Shown here piece by piece: positions 12,047 to 23,328 of a stretch of DNA of 64,000 bases (positions within the stretch are counted from its first letter, which is position 1; the number at the start of each line of letters is the position of its first letter). The position numbers were made by a program, and so were the translations under genes. The DNA lies in contig JAAOMT010000470.1 in the NCBI GenBank assembly GCA_016748015.1, forward strand, positions 242,509 through 306,508, read 5' to 3'. This stretch comes from Geosiphon pyriformis uo1. Taxonomy: Eukaryota > Fungi > Glomeromycota. The notes under the pieces are model-generated. The model was given only the letters and a program-made list of their open reading frames with translations, did no database searches and was not told where the DNA came from.

Positions 12047-15000
12047 TAATTTTCTTCTTAAGACTGAGTTCTGTCAAGATAGTAGTCCAAAATAATTGAA
12101 GTAATTTGGTCTGAAAATTGTTAAAATTTCAGTTCTGTGAGCTTTCCAATGTATTAAATTTTTATTAGATGAAGTATTGAATTTTGTAAGACATTTTCAC
12201 AAGTGTTAAATAAATTATAGAGTTTAAATGCTGTTCTAAATTTGTAGTAAGTGTTTGTTGATCTCACTGCTGTCTTGAATTTATTGTGAATTTGTTTTTG
12301 TATAGCTTCAGAAGTAATGTTTGTTGCTTTAAGTTTTAGTTTTTATTCATAAAGTGTTTTTCCAATATGAAAATATTTATAGATAAGGATATATTCATTG
12401 TTCTGTTTATTAAGAAATAATAGAAATTTTTGTTAGATTGTGATATTTGATAAAATATTAATAGAGGCAAATAAAAGGTTTTTTTTTAGTGCTTGCTTCA
12501 AAAGTTCTGGTAATTGATTTCCAAAGTAACTTCTTGTTTTTCTTCTGTAAGAATAATAATTCTGAGAATTATTTTCTACTGGTGTTGTAGTTTCTTTTTG
12601 AGTGTAATTAATTTGACTTCTATTAATTGTTATGAATAGATCAGAAAGTGTTTTAAAAGCTATCATTAATTTTGGGATATTTGTTGAATATTTCGAGAAA
12701 TAATCATGATAAAAATGACTAATTAATAAGTAAAATTTGAAAAAAAATAAAGAAAATTATTTTTGGGTATAAGGTTTTTATTTGTTTTTGGATTTGAGTG
12801 TTTTTTGTAATTATTTACTATTTTTGTTTTATGTTTTGTGTTTTTTAAAGGAGTTATTATAAAACTGTTAAATTAAATGTTTAAGTTTGGTTGTTATTCT
12901 ATTATAACTATTGGTTCTAAATTTTGGGAAATATTTTTAGAATTAATTAAAGAGAAATGTGTACCAATTTGTGGAATTAATGGTTTAAGATTGTTTCTGG
13001 AATGATAATATTTCAATTAATCTTCATGTGCAACTTCTGCTAGTATTTTGTCATCAAGTTTTAATTTGTATAATCTATTGTTTAAAATTTTGTAAATATA
13101 AAATAGTTCATTTTATTTATGTTTAAATTTTCTATTCTATTGTTTTTCAGCCTTAGTTCTGTATAAGAGAACTTTATTTCCAACTTTAAATTTATTGGTA
13201 ACTGGTGGCAATTTGTTATCATGTTTTTTTTTTGTTAAGCTTGAAAGTGTTTAATATAAGTGGCTGTTATTTGTCTTTTTTCTTTTAGTGTACTAAAAAA
13301 AGTGTAAGCTTTTCTTTAAAGTGTTTCTTAAAAGTTTTCTTTATTAATTGGTTGTACTGGATATGTTTTTACTGTAAAATTAATTGGTAATGTTGCTGTT
13401 TTTCTATAAGTAAAATCAAATAGTGTGTGTTTTATAGTATCTTGTTTTAATGTTTTGTATACTAGTAACACTAATGGAATAAATATATCCTATTTCTGTT
13501 CAAAATCAATTGAGACTTTGGCTAAAGATTCACATAATGTTCTGTTGAAATGTTTTATAAGTCTATTTGTTTGGGGGTAATAAGATAATAATAAAAGTTT
13601 TTTAATATTAAATCATTTACAAATTTTCTGTATCAAGTTGTTTACAAAATGTGTTTTTTGATCAAATAAAAATTCAATTGGGCATTTATATCTATAAATA
13701 ATATCTTTATAGATGAAATTTGCTATGGATTTTGCATCTGTTTTCTGGATGGCTCTAGTTTTAAGCCATTTGGTAAGATAATCTACTGCAACCACAATAT
13801 AACAATTTCCTTGAGTTGTAATAGGTAATGGTTCAACTAAATCAATTTCAACTCTGTCAAAAAGTTGTTCAATTTTGATTGGATTTAAAAGTTTTGTGGG
13901 ATGAGTTTCTCCTTTTCTTTGACAATTATCACAAGATTCTACATATTGTTAAATGTTTTTTTGTATGTGAGATCAAAAATAATGTTCAAGTATTTTTTGA
14001 ATTGTTTTATTTCTTCCCAAGTGTGCTAAAGAAGAATTTGTATATATGTTATATAGAATTGTTTTTTTTTATTTTCTTGTACTAATCTAAATAATTGGTT
14101 TAGATTTCTACAATTTTTATAATAAATTTTGTTGTAGTGTATGAAATATTGTTTTGATTGGTGTTTTAATTGGTGTTTTTTACTTAAAAACCAATTTTCT
14201 GGCATAATAAGAGTTTCCAAATAGTTTTTAAAGTTGTTGTAATTTTTGAAATCCATTATTGTTTTGTTATTTTGTTGGTAAGTTGGTAAGTTGTGATATT
14301 GTTGTTGGTGTTAATTTTGTCTCATTTTTGAGAGACTGTCAATATTGGTGTGTAGTTTTTCTGGTTTGTGGTATACAATATATTTGTAGTCTGCTAGAAA
14401 GTCATTCCATTAAGACTGTTTGGCATTTTGTTCAGTTTTTTTTTTGTTAAGCCATTTAAGGCCAATATTGTTAATTATAATATCAAATTTTTTTCTATTT
14501 TTCAGGTATTGTTGAAAGTGTTTAAGAGCCCAAATAACTGGAACAGCTTCTAATTTAGTTGAGCTGTACTTGAGTTCTGTTGGTTTGACTGTTTTACTGA
14601 CATAGACAATAATTTGTTTCTGGCCATTTTTATTCAATTGTAATAGGATGGCACCAAATACTGTGTGTAAAGCATCAGTGACTAGTTGGAACTGTTTGTT
14701 AAAGTTTGGATAAGCAAGAACTGGAGCTGTTGTTAGTTTTGTTTTAAGAATTTTAAAGGCTTTTTGTTGTTTTTCAGTCCATTAATATAATACATTTTTG
14801 TTGATAAGATAATTAAGTAGTTTGGCAATTTCTAAGAATCCTTTTATGAATTTTTAATAATATGAAGCTAATCCTACAAATCTTCATAGCTCTGTAGTAT
14901 TTTTGGGAGTTTAAAAGTTTTTGACAACACTAATTGTTCCAGAATTTGGTTTAACTCTATTTTTGCTAACAATATGTCCAAAAAAAATTAAATTTGTTTT

Positions 15001-16149
15001 TTCAAAGGGACATTTTTCAATGTTCAATTTTAATTCTGCTTTCTGTAATTATTGAAAAACTTCTTACAGATAAATAAGATAAGCTTTAAAACTTGGTAAG
15101 TACACATTAGTGTCATCAAGATAGACAATTATTGATTGCCATAAAAGTTTTTTATATATAACATCCATGAGTCACTGGAATGTTGTTGGTGCATTGCAAA
15201 GTCCAAAAAGCATAATATTGAATTCATAATTATCTTCTTGGGTGGTAAATGCTGTTTTGAGATGATTTTTTAAGTCCATTTTGACTTGCCAATATCTACT
15301 TTCCAAGTCTAAAGTTGAAAAGAACTTGGCTTTTTCTAAAGCATTTAGCATGTTATCAATTCTTGAAAGAGAATAGATATCTCTAATTGTGACACTATTC
15401 AATTGTTAATAATCAACACAAAATTTGATTTTCCCATTTTTTTTTTGACAAAAACTACTAATGAAACCCATAGACTTTTTGATGGTTGAATCAATCTATT
15501 ATTAAGTATTTTTTGGACCTTTTCTCTGATAAATTGGTGATTAGCAAATGGAACTTAATAGGCTTGTTGTCATTTTGATAAAGCATCTCTTGTGTGGATT
15601 TGATGTTAAACAATATCAGTTTTTCCAAAATTATTGTTATCTTTTACAAATATATTAGCAATTTCAGTTATTAGCTGTTTTAATTGTTTTTGTTGTTGGG
15701 ATTTCAAGGGACCCATATTAATTCAAAAGAGTTTTTCTTCTAAAACATGGTATTTTTTAGTAGTTAAAGCAATGTTTGGATTGAGAAGTAGGGTGTGTCT
15801 TATAATTTTGATAAAATTAAAAACAATTTGAAGATTTTCATCTTAGAAGATGTTACTATATATAATTTCAATTTTTAATTTATTTAATAAAACAATGAGG
15901 TAGTTGTTGAAATTGTAAAATATAACTTGAAATTTCCTTATTTTTTTTGATATATAAACATTTAAAATTGAGATTTCATGATTCAAACAGATTTGTTCAT
16001 TGAATTCAAAGATTTGTTGGATAGTAGTGGGTTTTGAGCAAGTGTAAATTTCGTAATGTTCTCTAAAAGATAAAATAGTGATTGGTTGGGAAAGTTGTAG
16101 AATCTGGTGAGATTCTCTTTGTATATTAAAAGCTATATTTACTGGAACT

Positions 16150-16548
16150 GTGAATCGTTCAGTTGAATCAAAATCTTGTATTTTTCTTTTACTTTAGTCT
16201 AGTTGTTTTTTGTTACTAACTGGTTATAACTCTGAAATGTTAATTAAGAATAGATAAATTGCTTAAGTAAATTTTTCAGCATGTTCTATTCTGAATGGTT
16301 TTTCAGTTTTATTTTGTAGCATAACAATAATGTCTCTAGTGTATTCTGTATTTACAATTTCTATTCTAATATTTATTTTTTTGCTTGCCAATAATGATCT
16401 GGAAGCAATTTGAATCATTGCTTCTAATGGAATTTCAAGAGCAATTTTAAGATTGATTTTTGTTAAAGATTTTGGTTAGAGGACCAAAGTATTTTTTCAT
16501 AGATATCATAGATCATATCCAGCCTTTATATTATGGGCTTTTTCTGGT
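16150..16548 (-). pseudogene. Retroelement dUTPase domain, decayed
   Basis: All five trimeric dUTPase motifs recognisable: KAGYDL*Y, IASRSLLASK, EIVNTEYTRDI (GVIDAGYTG), EKFT*A, QDFDSTE (GFGSTG). Confidence 0.9.
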
Positions 16549-19500
16549 TTGATTTCTTAACTATTGTTGTTAAAGTATTTGAGTTGTAAGACCAATTGAT
16601 TCTTAGTAAGATAGATTGAAATTGTTGTGATTTTTTCTTCTGGCTCAGATTTTCCAAACTCAATTTCCTCTTGGTCATCTTTGCTGAATAAAAAAATGCT
16701 AAGAGCATAGCATTCTAAACACTATTTATTATTATAAGACATAATGTATTCTTTACATAATTGAATGTTTATTTGCTTTAATCATTGAATTTAAGCTTCT
16801 TGGATTGAATAAATGTGGCTTGCAATTTGGTGGTATGTTTTTATTTCATCTTCATAGTTGAATTTAGCTAATTCTATTGTGTATTCAATATATTTAACTT
16901 TTTATATTTAACTTTTTTTATTTGGCAGACATCTTCCTGTATGGCTTTATTAATTAAAGCCATAGTTAGATTAAAGATCATTTCAACATCATAAAAGTAG
17001 TGATAAAGTTTGTTGAGAGCACTATTGTAGACTGCATCAAAGAGTGTTTTTTTTCTGACTTTTTCTAAGATTAATAAGACATATTAGCAGGTTTGATCAC
17101 ATATTCTTCCTTTCATTATAATATCAATTCAGTTGTATTCTTTTAGTAGCATGTCTCTACATATGAAACAAGAAGTATTGTTCTATTTTCTATTTTGTTT
17201 GGGATATCCAAATTGTTCTCTATGACATGTTTTATAAAAGTAGCAGATGCAAATTTCATATTTTTCTTCTGAAAAAATACATGTTCCTATTGATAAAAGT
17301 TTCTTTTTACAATCTTTACATTTAAGTGGAATGTAAAATGATTGTTTCCATGGTTTTGGTGTAAAGTATTGAACAACATTCTATCTTCTGGTTTCTTCAA
17401 AAATTTCTTGTTCTGTTTCTTCTGGCCAATTAGATATTAATCCAAAAGCCATAAAAGTTTCAATCACTAGTTTTTTTTCTTCTTTTTCAAATTCAAATAC
17501 TGGGGCTTTTTTAGATTGTTTATTAAAAGTATTATAAATGGCAGATACTCTGGTGTATTGTCTTTAGTATAAAATCTTGAGTTCTTGAGTTTCTCAATCT
17601 AGATTTGCATTTGCTTTAAAAAGCCAATTGTTTTTGACAAGAGCTTAATATTGGGGTGTATTTATGACTAAAACTTTAACTGGAATGATAATTCCATTGA
17701 CAGTAAATAGAAAGTTGTTAATTTCTCTTACTGGAGTTTTTTTCATGTTATCAGCTATAACAATTACAGTTTGAGCTGGTTTGTTAACGTTTTTTTTAAG
17801 CTGTTATATCAATTAATAGATAATAATGCTTCCAATAGATCTACTGTTTAGAATTAAGCAGATTTGTTTTTCTTCTACTTTAGCTTTAGTATACATAGCA
17901 GTGATTGCTTTTTGCTCATTAACTGCTGTATTGCTAAGCAAGAATGGTGATTCATTGGCTTTAAATTCAAATGGAAATATATCTAAAAGATTGGTATTTT
18001 GAGCAATTTGGGCTGGTGGAATAGTATTGTTAAAAGAGTTTGATCTTGGTGCTGCAACTTTATCTTCAAAAAGTGCAGTTTGTTAAAAATTCACTCCTTC
18101 AGACATTGTGAGATAGCTGGGTTGAGTGTGGTAGTAATTGGGTTTTTGATGACCAGAATTTCGGGAAACCAACTGGTTGTTTGAGTTGATTTTGTTGTTA
18201 TTATTCTGGAATTGATTTTGAGGTGTGAATTGGTTTTGTTAAACCAATCTTTAAACTAATATTGTTGTGTAGGTAGTTGTTGATACTATTGGATTGGTAG
18301 AGATTGTTGATATGGCTGTTGTAAAGCAGACTGATAGTAATTGTTTTGCTGTTGGGATCTTGAAAAATAGTAGGCTGGTGGTGGAGGCTAATAATAAAAT
18401 TGCTGTGTTGAAAAATAACATTGATTACTTCTGTTTTGTTGGTCTCTTTATAGCTTTCTGCAGTCTCATTTTCAATATCTTGAAATTCCACAATAGTAAC
18501 CTTTTTGGTTTTGGCTGTTTAATAATAATAGATAATTGTTTTGATTACATTATTGGGATGGCTAATATTTTTGTAGTTGTTGTTGTTGTTAGTTGGTAAA
18601 ATAATTTTCAACTTTTTTTGTGAGTTGGTCAATTTTCTCTTCAGCTGTTGAACTGGTTTCTCCAATAACAAGATTCACAAGTTTGGTATAATTTGTTTCT
18701 TTTATTGCTATTTTATAGTTCTTTGAATATTTAATAGCTATTGTTAAGTCTGCTGGGACATGTGGGCAAACTTTTTTGATTAGTTTATTTTTTAATTCTG
18801 CAATAAACTAATCTAGAATTTGGGTATTAGAATAGTAGTCATTGGTTTCCAGTTGTCAAATTTATCTAAGAAGTTTATTAAATCTCTTAAGATAGGTTAT
18901 GACAATTTTAGATGTTTCTTGTTTGATATTGTGAAAGCAATTTCAGAGAGTAATAGAGATGTTGTTGTCAGTAAATTGTTGTAAAAAAACATTTTTAAAT
19001 GCTTGCCAGTTTTCAAATGGTTTTTTTAAGTTTTCAAACCATTTTTTTGCAGTTTTTTAAAAAAAGTATGAGATTGCTTTGAGCATTTTTGCTGTATTCT
19101 ATTTATTTGCATCTTCTGCTTTCTGGACTTTGTCAAGCCACTCTTAAGGACTGGTATCATTATATTTATCAGTAAATTCTGAAATTTTTGCAATATAAGC
19201 AGTTTTTATTTTTTCTTTATTTTTTGTAGTTTTTTCTTGTTCTGATTCAGTTTCTTTACTTTTCAAGTTCTCTGAATAATTACTTTCGTTTTTCTGTAAG
19301 TAATCAAAAAGATTTGTGCTGATTGATATTAATTTCTGCTGTTAAGTAGGACTTTTTGGTGACTAAAAATCTTTTGGTCTTGAAAAATGGATAAGTAATA
19401 AATTTGGTGTTTGTGGTTGAGCAAGTAAAATTGGAAATGGTGTAATAGAAAGTGGTAATTTGATACTGGTTCCTTGTTCAGGTGTTTGTAAGTGTTTGGT

Positions 19501-19965
19501 AGTTGTTTTTGGTGTATTGTGAGCTGTATGGCTAACTCAAAGTGTTTTTTTTTGCTTTTTATTATTGCTATTTTCTGGTTCTAATTTAAAGTTAAGAGAG
19601 TATTTGGCTTGTATTGGGTATTTTTTTTCACAATACTGAATAATGTTAAAGTTAAATTCTTGAAAGTAGATGACAAGTGTTTCACTGTTAAGGTCTTTAG
19701 TTTTCAATTGTAAATAGTGCAATAAATTATTGTAGAGGTTGTTTCTAACTTTTGAAATGTTGTAATTTTTAAAAAGATAATTATTAATGTGGTTTTCAAT
19801 ATATTAGTATAGTAATTTTTTGAAAATTTTAATTTCGTCTTGGATGTTGAATCTTTGCTTGCAATAAATGTAAATTGACTGATAATACTCTAGAGTTGTT
19901 GTGTTTGGTATGGTTATCACTTTGAATTTGTTATTGTTGTGTTATTTCTATAGGAGAGCACCAAA

Positions 19966-20928
19966 TGTTACCAGAAATTTTTGGTCTTTTTTCTTGAATG
20001 TTGTTAATGTTTGTCTGTTCTTAATTTCATGTTTTCTGGAAGCAATTGAACCTCCAATAACTGAATTTATTTTCAAATTATTTCTTATAATTTGAATTGC
20101 TGGACTTATAAATAAAATAGCCAATTTTGTGTTAGTTACATTATATAGTTATATTGTAATAAACATAACTTTTTTCCAGAAATTGTTTGTCTGGAAGCTC
20201 ACTAAAATATGTAGTTATTTTACTATAAAAGTCAACTTTTCTACAAAAATCTTATCTGTAGGCTACTCTAATAATTTTAAATAAAAAAAGTAAAAAAAAT
20301 AAAAGAAATATAAAAGAAATAGAATTGTGTCAAAAGAAACATTTTCTATCTAGGCCTGAAATTACTAAAATTAATAGCTAATCAATTTCAAAATGTTAGT
20401 TATGTTGAGAGAATTTCAAGTGTAATAATTAAAAGATTTGGTTTTTTGAATATTTTAATTTTTATTTAAAATATATAAAAAGATAATTTGTTCTAATTAA
20501 GATATCTAAAATAAGATATTATAATAAAATACTATAAAAAGATACATTTTCTTGAAAAAAGAAGCTCTTCTTTTATATAATTTGTTATAGTACTAGTCCT
20601 TGAATTTGCACTTTTTTCTTTGCTTTAATTTTGGTAAATTAAAGATATATTTTGATAAACTACAAGTTATTTCTATAAACTATTAATTATTTTGGCCAAT
20701 TTTCATAAATTTTGGCGAATTTTGACTATATTAAATGGTTCAGGGTATTGTGTAATTTGATCATCTTAATTTCTATAGTACAAATCAAATTATTAATTAA
20801 GTAATAATATTTGATAATTTGATTAAATAATAAGTAATAATTGAAATGATAATAATATATACTAATTAATAATAGGAATTATAAAAGTAATTTTATGCTA
20901 ATTAATAGCTAAAATTCTATTGGTAATA
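19966..20928 (-). repeat. Family A 5' LTR
   Basis: Direct repeat of 11076-12046, adjacent to the PBS. Confidence 0.93.
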
Positions 20929-21631
20929 CCAACAGCCAATCATATTACAATTATTTCAATTTTTGCTGCTCCTAGCACCAAAGCCAGTTGTTTTTAATGT
21001 TTATTGAAAAAAACACAAGGTTACAAATAGAGCATGAATGATATTTTCAAATTTTTTAACAATCATTCATAGTATTTTTACAATTCCTTTAACATCTGGT
21101 GTGAACAATATTAATATCTGGGTTTTTGTTCTGATAATGACAACTAAATATAATAGTAATATGAATGAAATATTTATGATTAATAATGTCATGTTATCAA
21201 CAGAAGACATGTAGACCAAAAGATACTATATCTTTATAAAAAAGTGACTATTTAAAGATTAAATTAATATTAATTAAAAACCTTTCTGAAAATAATAATA
21301 CTTTAATGATTTATCATGTGGTAATATGACTTTAATGATTGCTGATTGGCTAAAATTTGATTGATTGGCATCCAAAAATTAAAGATTAATAATAAAAGTG
21401 ACTAATTTTAAACTTTAATAACTTTATAAAATATAATATAATTCAAAAAATTAAACCATAAATGTGAAAGAAAAGAACTTAATCTATTATATTTACAGTT
21501 TATTTTTTTAATATTATTAAAATTGGAAGACTAGATACAATTTAAAATTATATAAATTGTTTAATGACTATAAATGGTTTGCCGAATAACCGCTCACATG
21601 ATATTTTTTATAAAATCACGTTAACTTTTGC

Positions 21632-22022
21632 ATGGCAAAAGTGATCGGCGTAATCATGACTTCTCACGACGAACTCGACCAATTAAAATTTTTTTTACAA
21701 AACGAACCCTTAAATAAAATTACTGTTGCTAGAGCCTTTCATGAACTATGGAAGTGTAAAGATGTACAAACGGAAGAAAGTGATTGTAACTGTCTTTTGG
21801 AGGTCTTTAAAGAGTTGACTGCAGAAACTCTAAATAGTGATAGAAAGGAATACTTCACTTCCTTACAAGATATAGACAAGGTACATGTAATTCACTAATA
21901 TATGTTGTTTTTATAGATATGAGGATAATATAAATTGAACCACTCGTTAGTCGGTTAATCATTTGCGGGAAGTTTCAGCTTTTGTATTACTGGATATGAA
22001 GAAGATCTGTAAGCGGTGGTGA
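21632..22022 (+). CDS. 5' part of the putative REase/Crinkler-like gene, copy 2 (exon 1 21632 or 21656 to 21880, intron 21881-21950, exon 2 from 21951)
   Basis: 88-aa ORF; phase-0 GT-AG 70-nt intron; exon 2 reads SVNHLREVSAFVLLDMKKICKRW* into the array. Confidence 0.7.
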
Positions 22023-22354
22023 CTGGCCATAAGCCATTTGCGAGAAGTTTCAGCTTTATATTACAGTATACAAAGGAAGATCTGTAAGCGGTGGTGACTG
22101 GCCATAAGCCATTTGCGAGAAGTTTCAGCTTTTGTATTACTGGATATGAAGAAGATCTGTAAGCGGTGGTGACTGGTCATAAGCCATTTGCGAGAAGTTT
22201 CAGCTTTATATTACAGTATACAAAGGAAGATCTGTAAGCGGTGGTGACTGGCCATAAGCCATTTGCGAGAAGTTTCAGCTTTTGTATTACTGGATATGAA
22301 GAAGATCTGTAAGCGGTGGTGACTGGCCATAAGCCATTTGCGAGAAGTTTCAGC
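21960..22354. repeat. 75-bp A/B tandem array, copy 2
   Basis: Reverse complement of 1-395 including the unit-3 variant; ends at the N gap. Confidence 0.98.
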
Positions 22355-22949
22355 NNNNNNNNNNNNNNNNNNNNNNNNNNNNNNNNNNNNNNNNNNNNNN
22401 NNNNNNNNNNNNNNNNNNNNNNNNNNNNNNNNNNNNNNNNNNNNNNNNNNNNNNNNNNNNNNNNNNNNNNNNNNNNNNNNNNNNNNNNNNNNNNNNNNNN
22501 NNNNNNNNNNNNNNNNNNNNNNNNNNNNNNNNNNNNNNNNNNNNNNNNNNNNNNNNNNNNNNNNNNNNNNNNNNNNNNNNNNNNNNNNNNNNNNNNNNNN
22601 NNNNNNNNNNNNNNNNNNNNNNNNNNNNNNNNNNNNNNNNNNNNNNNNNNNNNNNNNNNNNNNNNNNNNNNNNNNNNNNNNNNNNNNNNNNNNNNNNNNN
22701 NNNNNNNNNNNNNNNNNNNNNNNNNNNNNNNNNNNNNNNNNNNNNNNNNNNNNNNNNNNNNNNNNNNNNNNNNNNNNNNNNNNNNNNNNNNNNNNNNNNN
22801 NNNNNNNNNNNNNNNNNNNNNNNNNNNNNNNNNNNNNNNNNNNNNNNNNNNNNNNNNNNNNNNNNNNNNNNNNNNNNNNNNNNNNNNNNNNNNNNNNNNN
22901 NNNNNNNNNNNNNNNNNNNNNNNNNNNNNNNNNNNNNNNNNNNNNNNNN
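22355..22949. other. Assembly gap (N run)
   Basis: 595 N. Confidence 1.
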
Positions 22950-22950
22950 T

Positions 22951-23328
22951 TACGTTACGAAAAGAAACGAAATTCAAACCCGGTGCAAATTCGTCATTGC
23001 ACCTTCAGAAACGACAAGGCACGAGAACTGGGTTGAGGGCGAAGACGACAGAGCACAAATAGCAACAAATATAACAGACACTCTTCTGCAAGAAATTAAG
23101 AGGAATGTTCTTCATAAAATTTCCAAAGCTTCAGAGAATGCTCTCGTAGACGTTGTGGCACGTCTTATGGAGGCGTCTATATATCAAATGCCAATTGGCT
23201 TGGATATCGAAGTAACAAAAAATGATCGTCAAAGTGATGCCAGCAAAAAACGAAAAAATCGACAAGTATCCGATTCAAGAGGCAACAAGCCAGACTTAAT
23301 GATTCGAGCTATTATATATATATTTTAA
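22951..23328 (+). CDS. Internal coding fragment of a PD-(D/E)xK / CR-REase-like protein, truncated at ~23312 (probably the middle of gene copy 2)
   Basis: Stop-free frame missing from the ORF track: YVTKRNEIQTRCKFVIAPSETTRHENWVEGEDDRAQIATNITDTLLQEIKRNVLHKISKASENALVDVVARLMEASIYQMPIGLDIEVTKNDRQSDASKKRKNRQVSDSRGNKPDLMIRA. The SEN helix, QS.AS..RK and G.KPDL motifs are typical of fungal REase-fold proteins. Confidence 0.7.
   Translation, partial: YVTKRNEIQTRCKFVIAPSETTRHENWVEGEDDRAQIATNITDTLLQEIKRNVLHKISKASENALVDVVARLMEASIYQMPIGLDIEVTKNDRQSDASKKRKNRQVSDSRGNKPDLMIRAIIYIF

Larger units (their letters stand above)
11076..20928 (-). mobile_element. Near full-length degenerate Ty3/Gypsy element, family A (LTR-PBS-gag-PR-Cys-rich-dUTPase-RT-RNaseH-INT-accessory ORF-PPT-LTR)
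   Basis: Similar ~0.97-kb LTRs at 11076-12046 and 19966-20928. PBS tttggtgctctcc (~19953-19965). PR LILNSRSIGSII (~17820-17860). RT FGLCNAPTTFQ and IVYLDDTNVY (~15100-15210). RH LVTDAL..FGAIL. INT FDRVEIDLVEPL, VAVDYLTKW, PQTNRL. Confidence 0.95.
20929..22354. repeat. Right arm of the long inverted duplication
   Basis: Reverse complement of 1-1426; its inner end abuts the family A LTR exactly. Confidence 0.95.

Noticed and set aside
1-22354. Giant TIR element (Maverick/Polinton) or linear plasmid
   Set aside because: No polB, packaging ATPase or capsid genes inside; the arms are 5' halves of a gene that continues outward past the gap, and a third copy has a different upstream flank.
21960-22354. 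Telomeric repeat
   Set aside because: 75-bp unit without a G-rich short motif, and coding sequence resumes after the gap.
21951-22354. TGA=Trp coding (endobacterial or mitochondrial origin) giving 25-aa repeats
   Set aside because: The gene has spliceosomal introns and nuclear context; nothing else supports an alternative code.
22177-23062. Long ORFs of 232-334 aa in the track here and at 60725-61748
   Set aside because: Artefacts of translating N runs.
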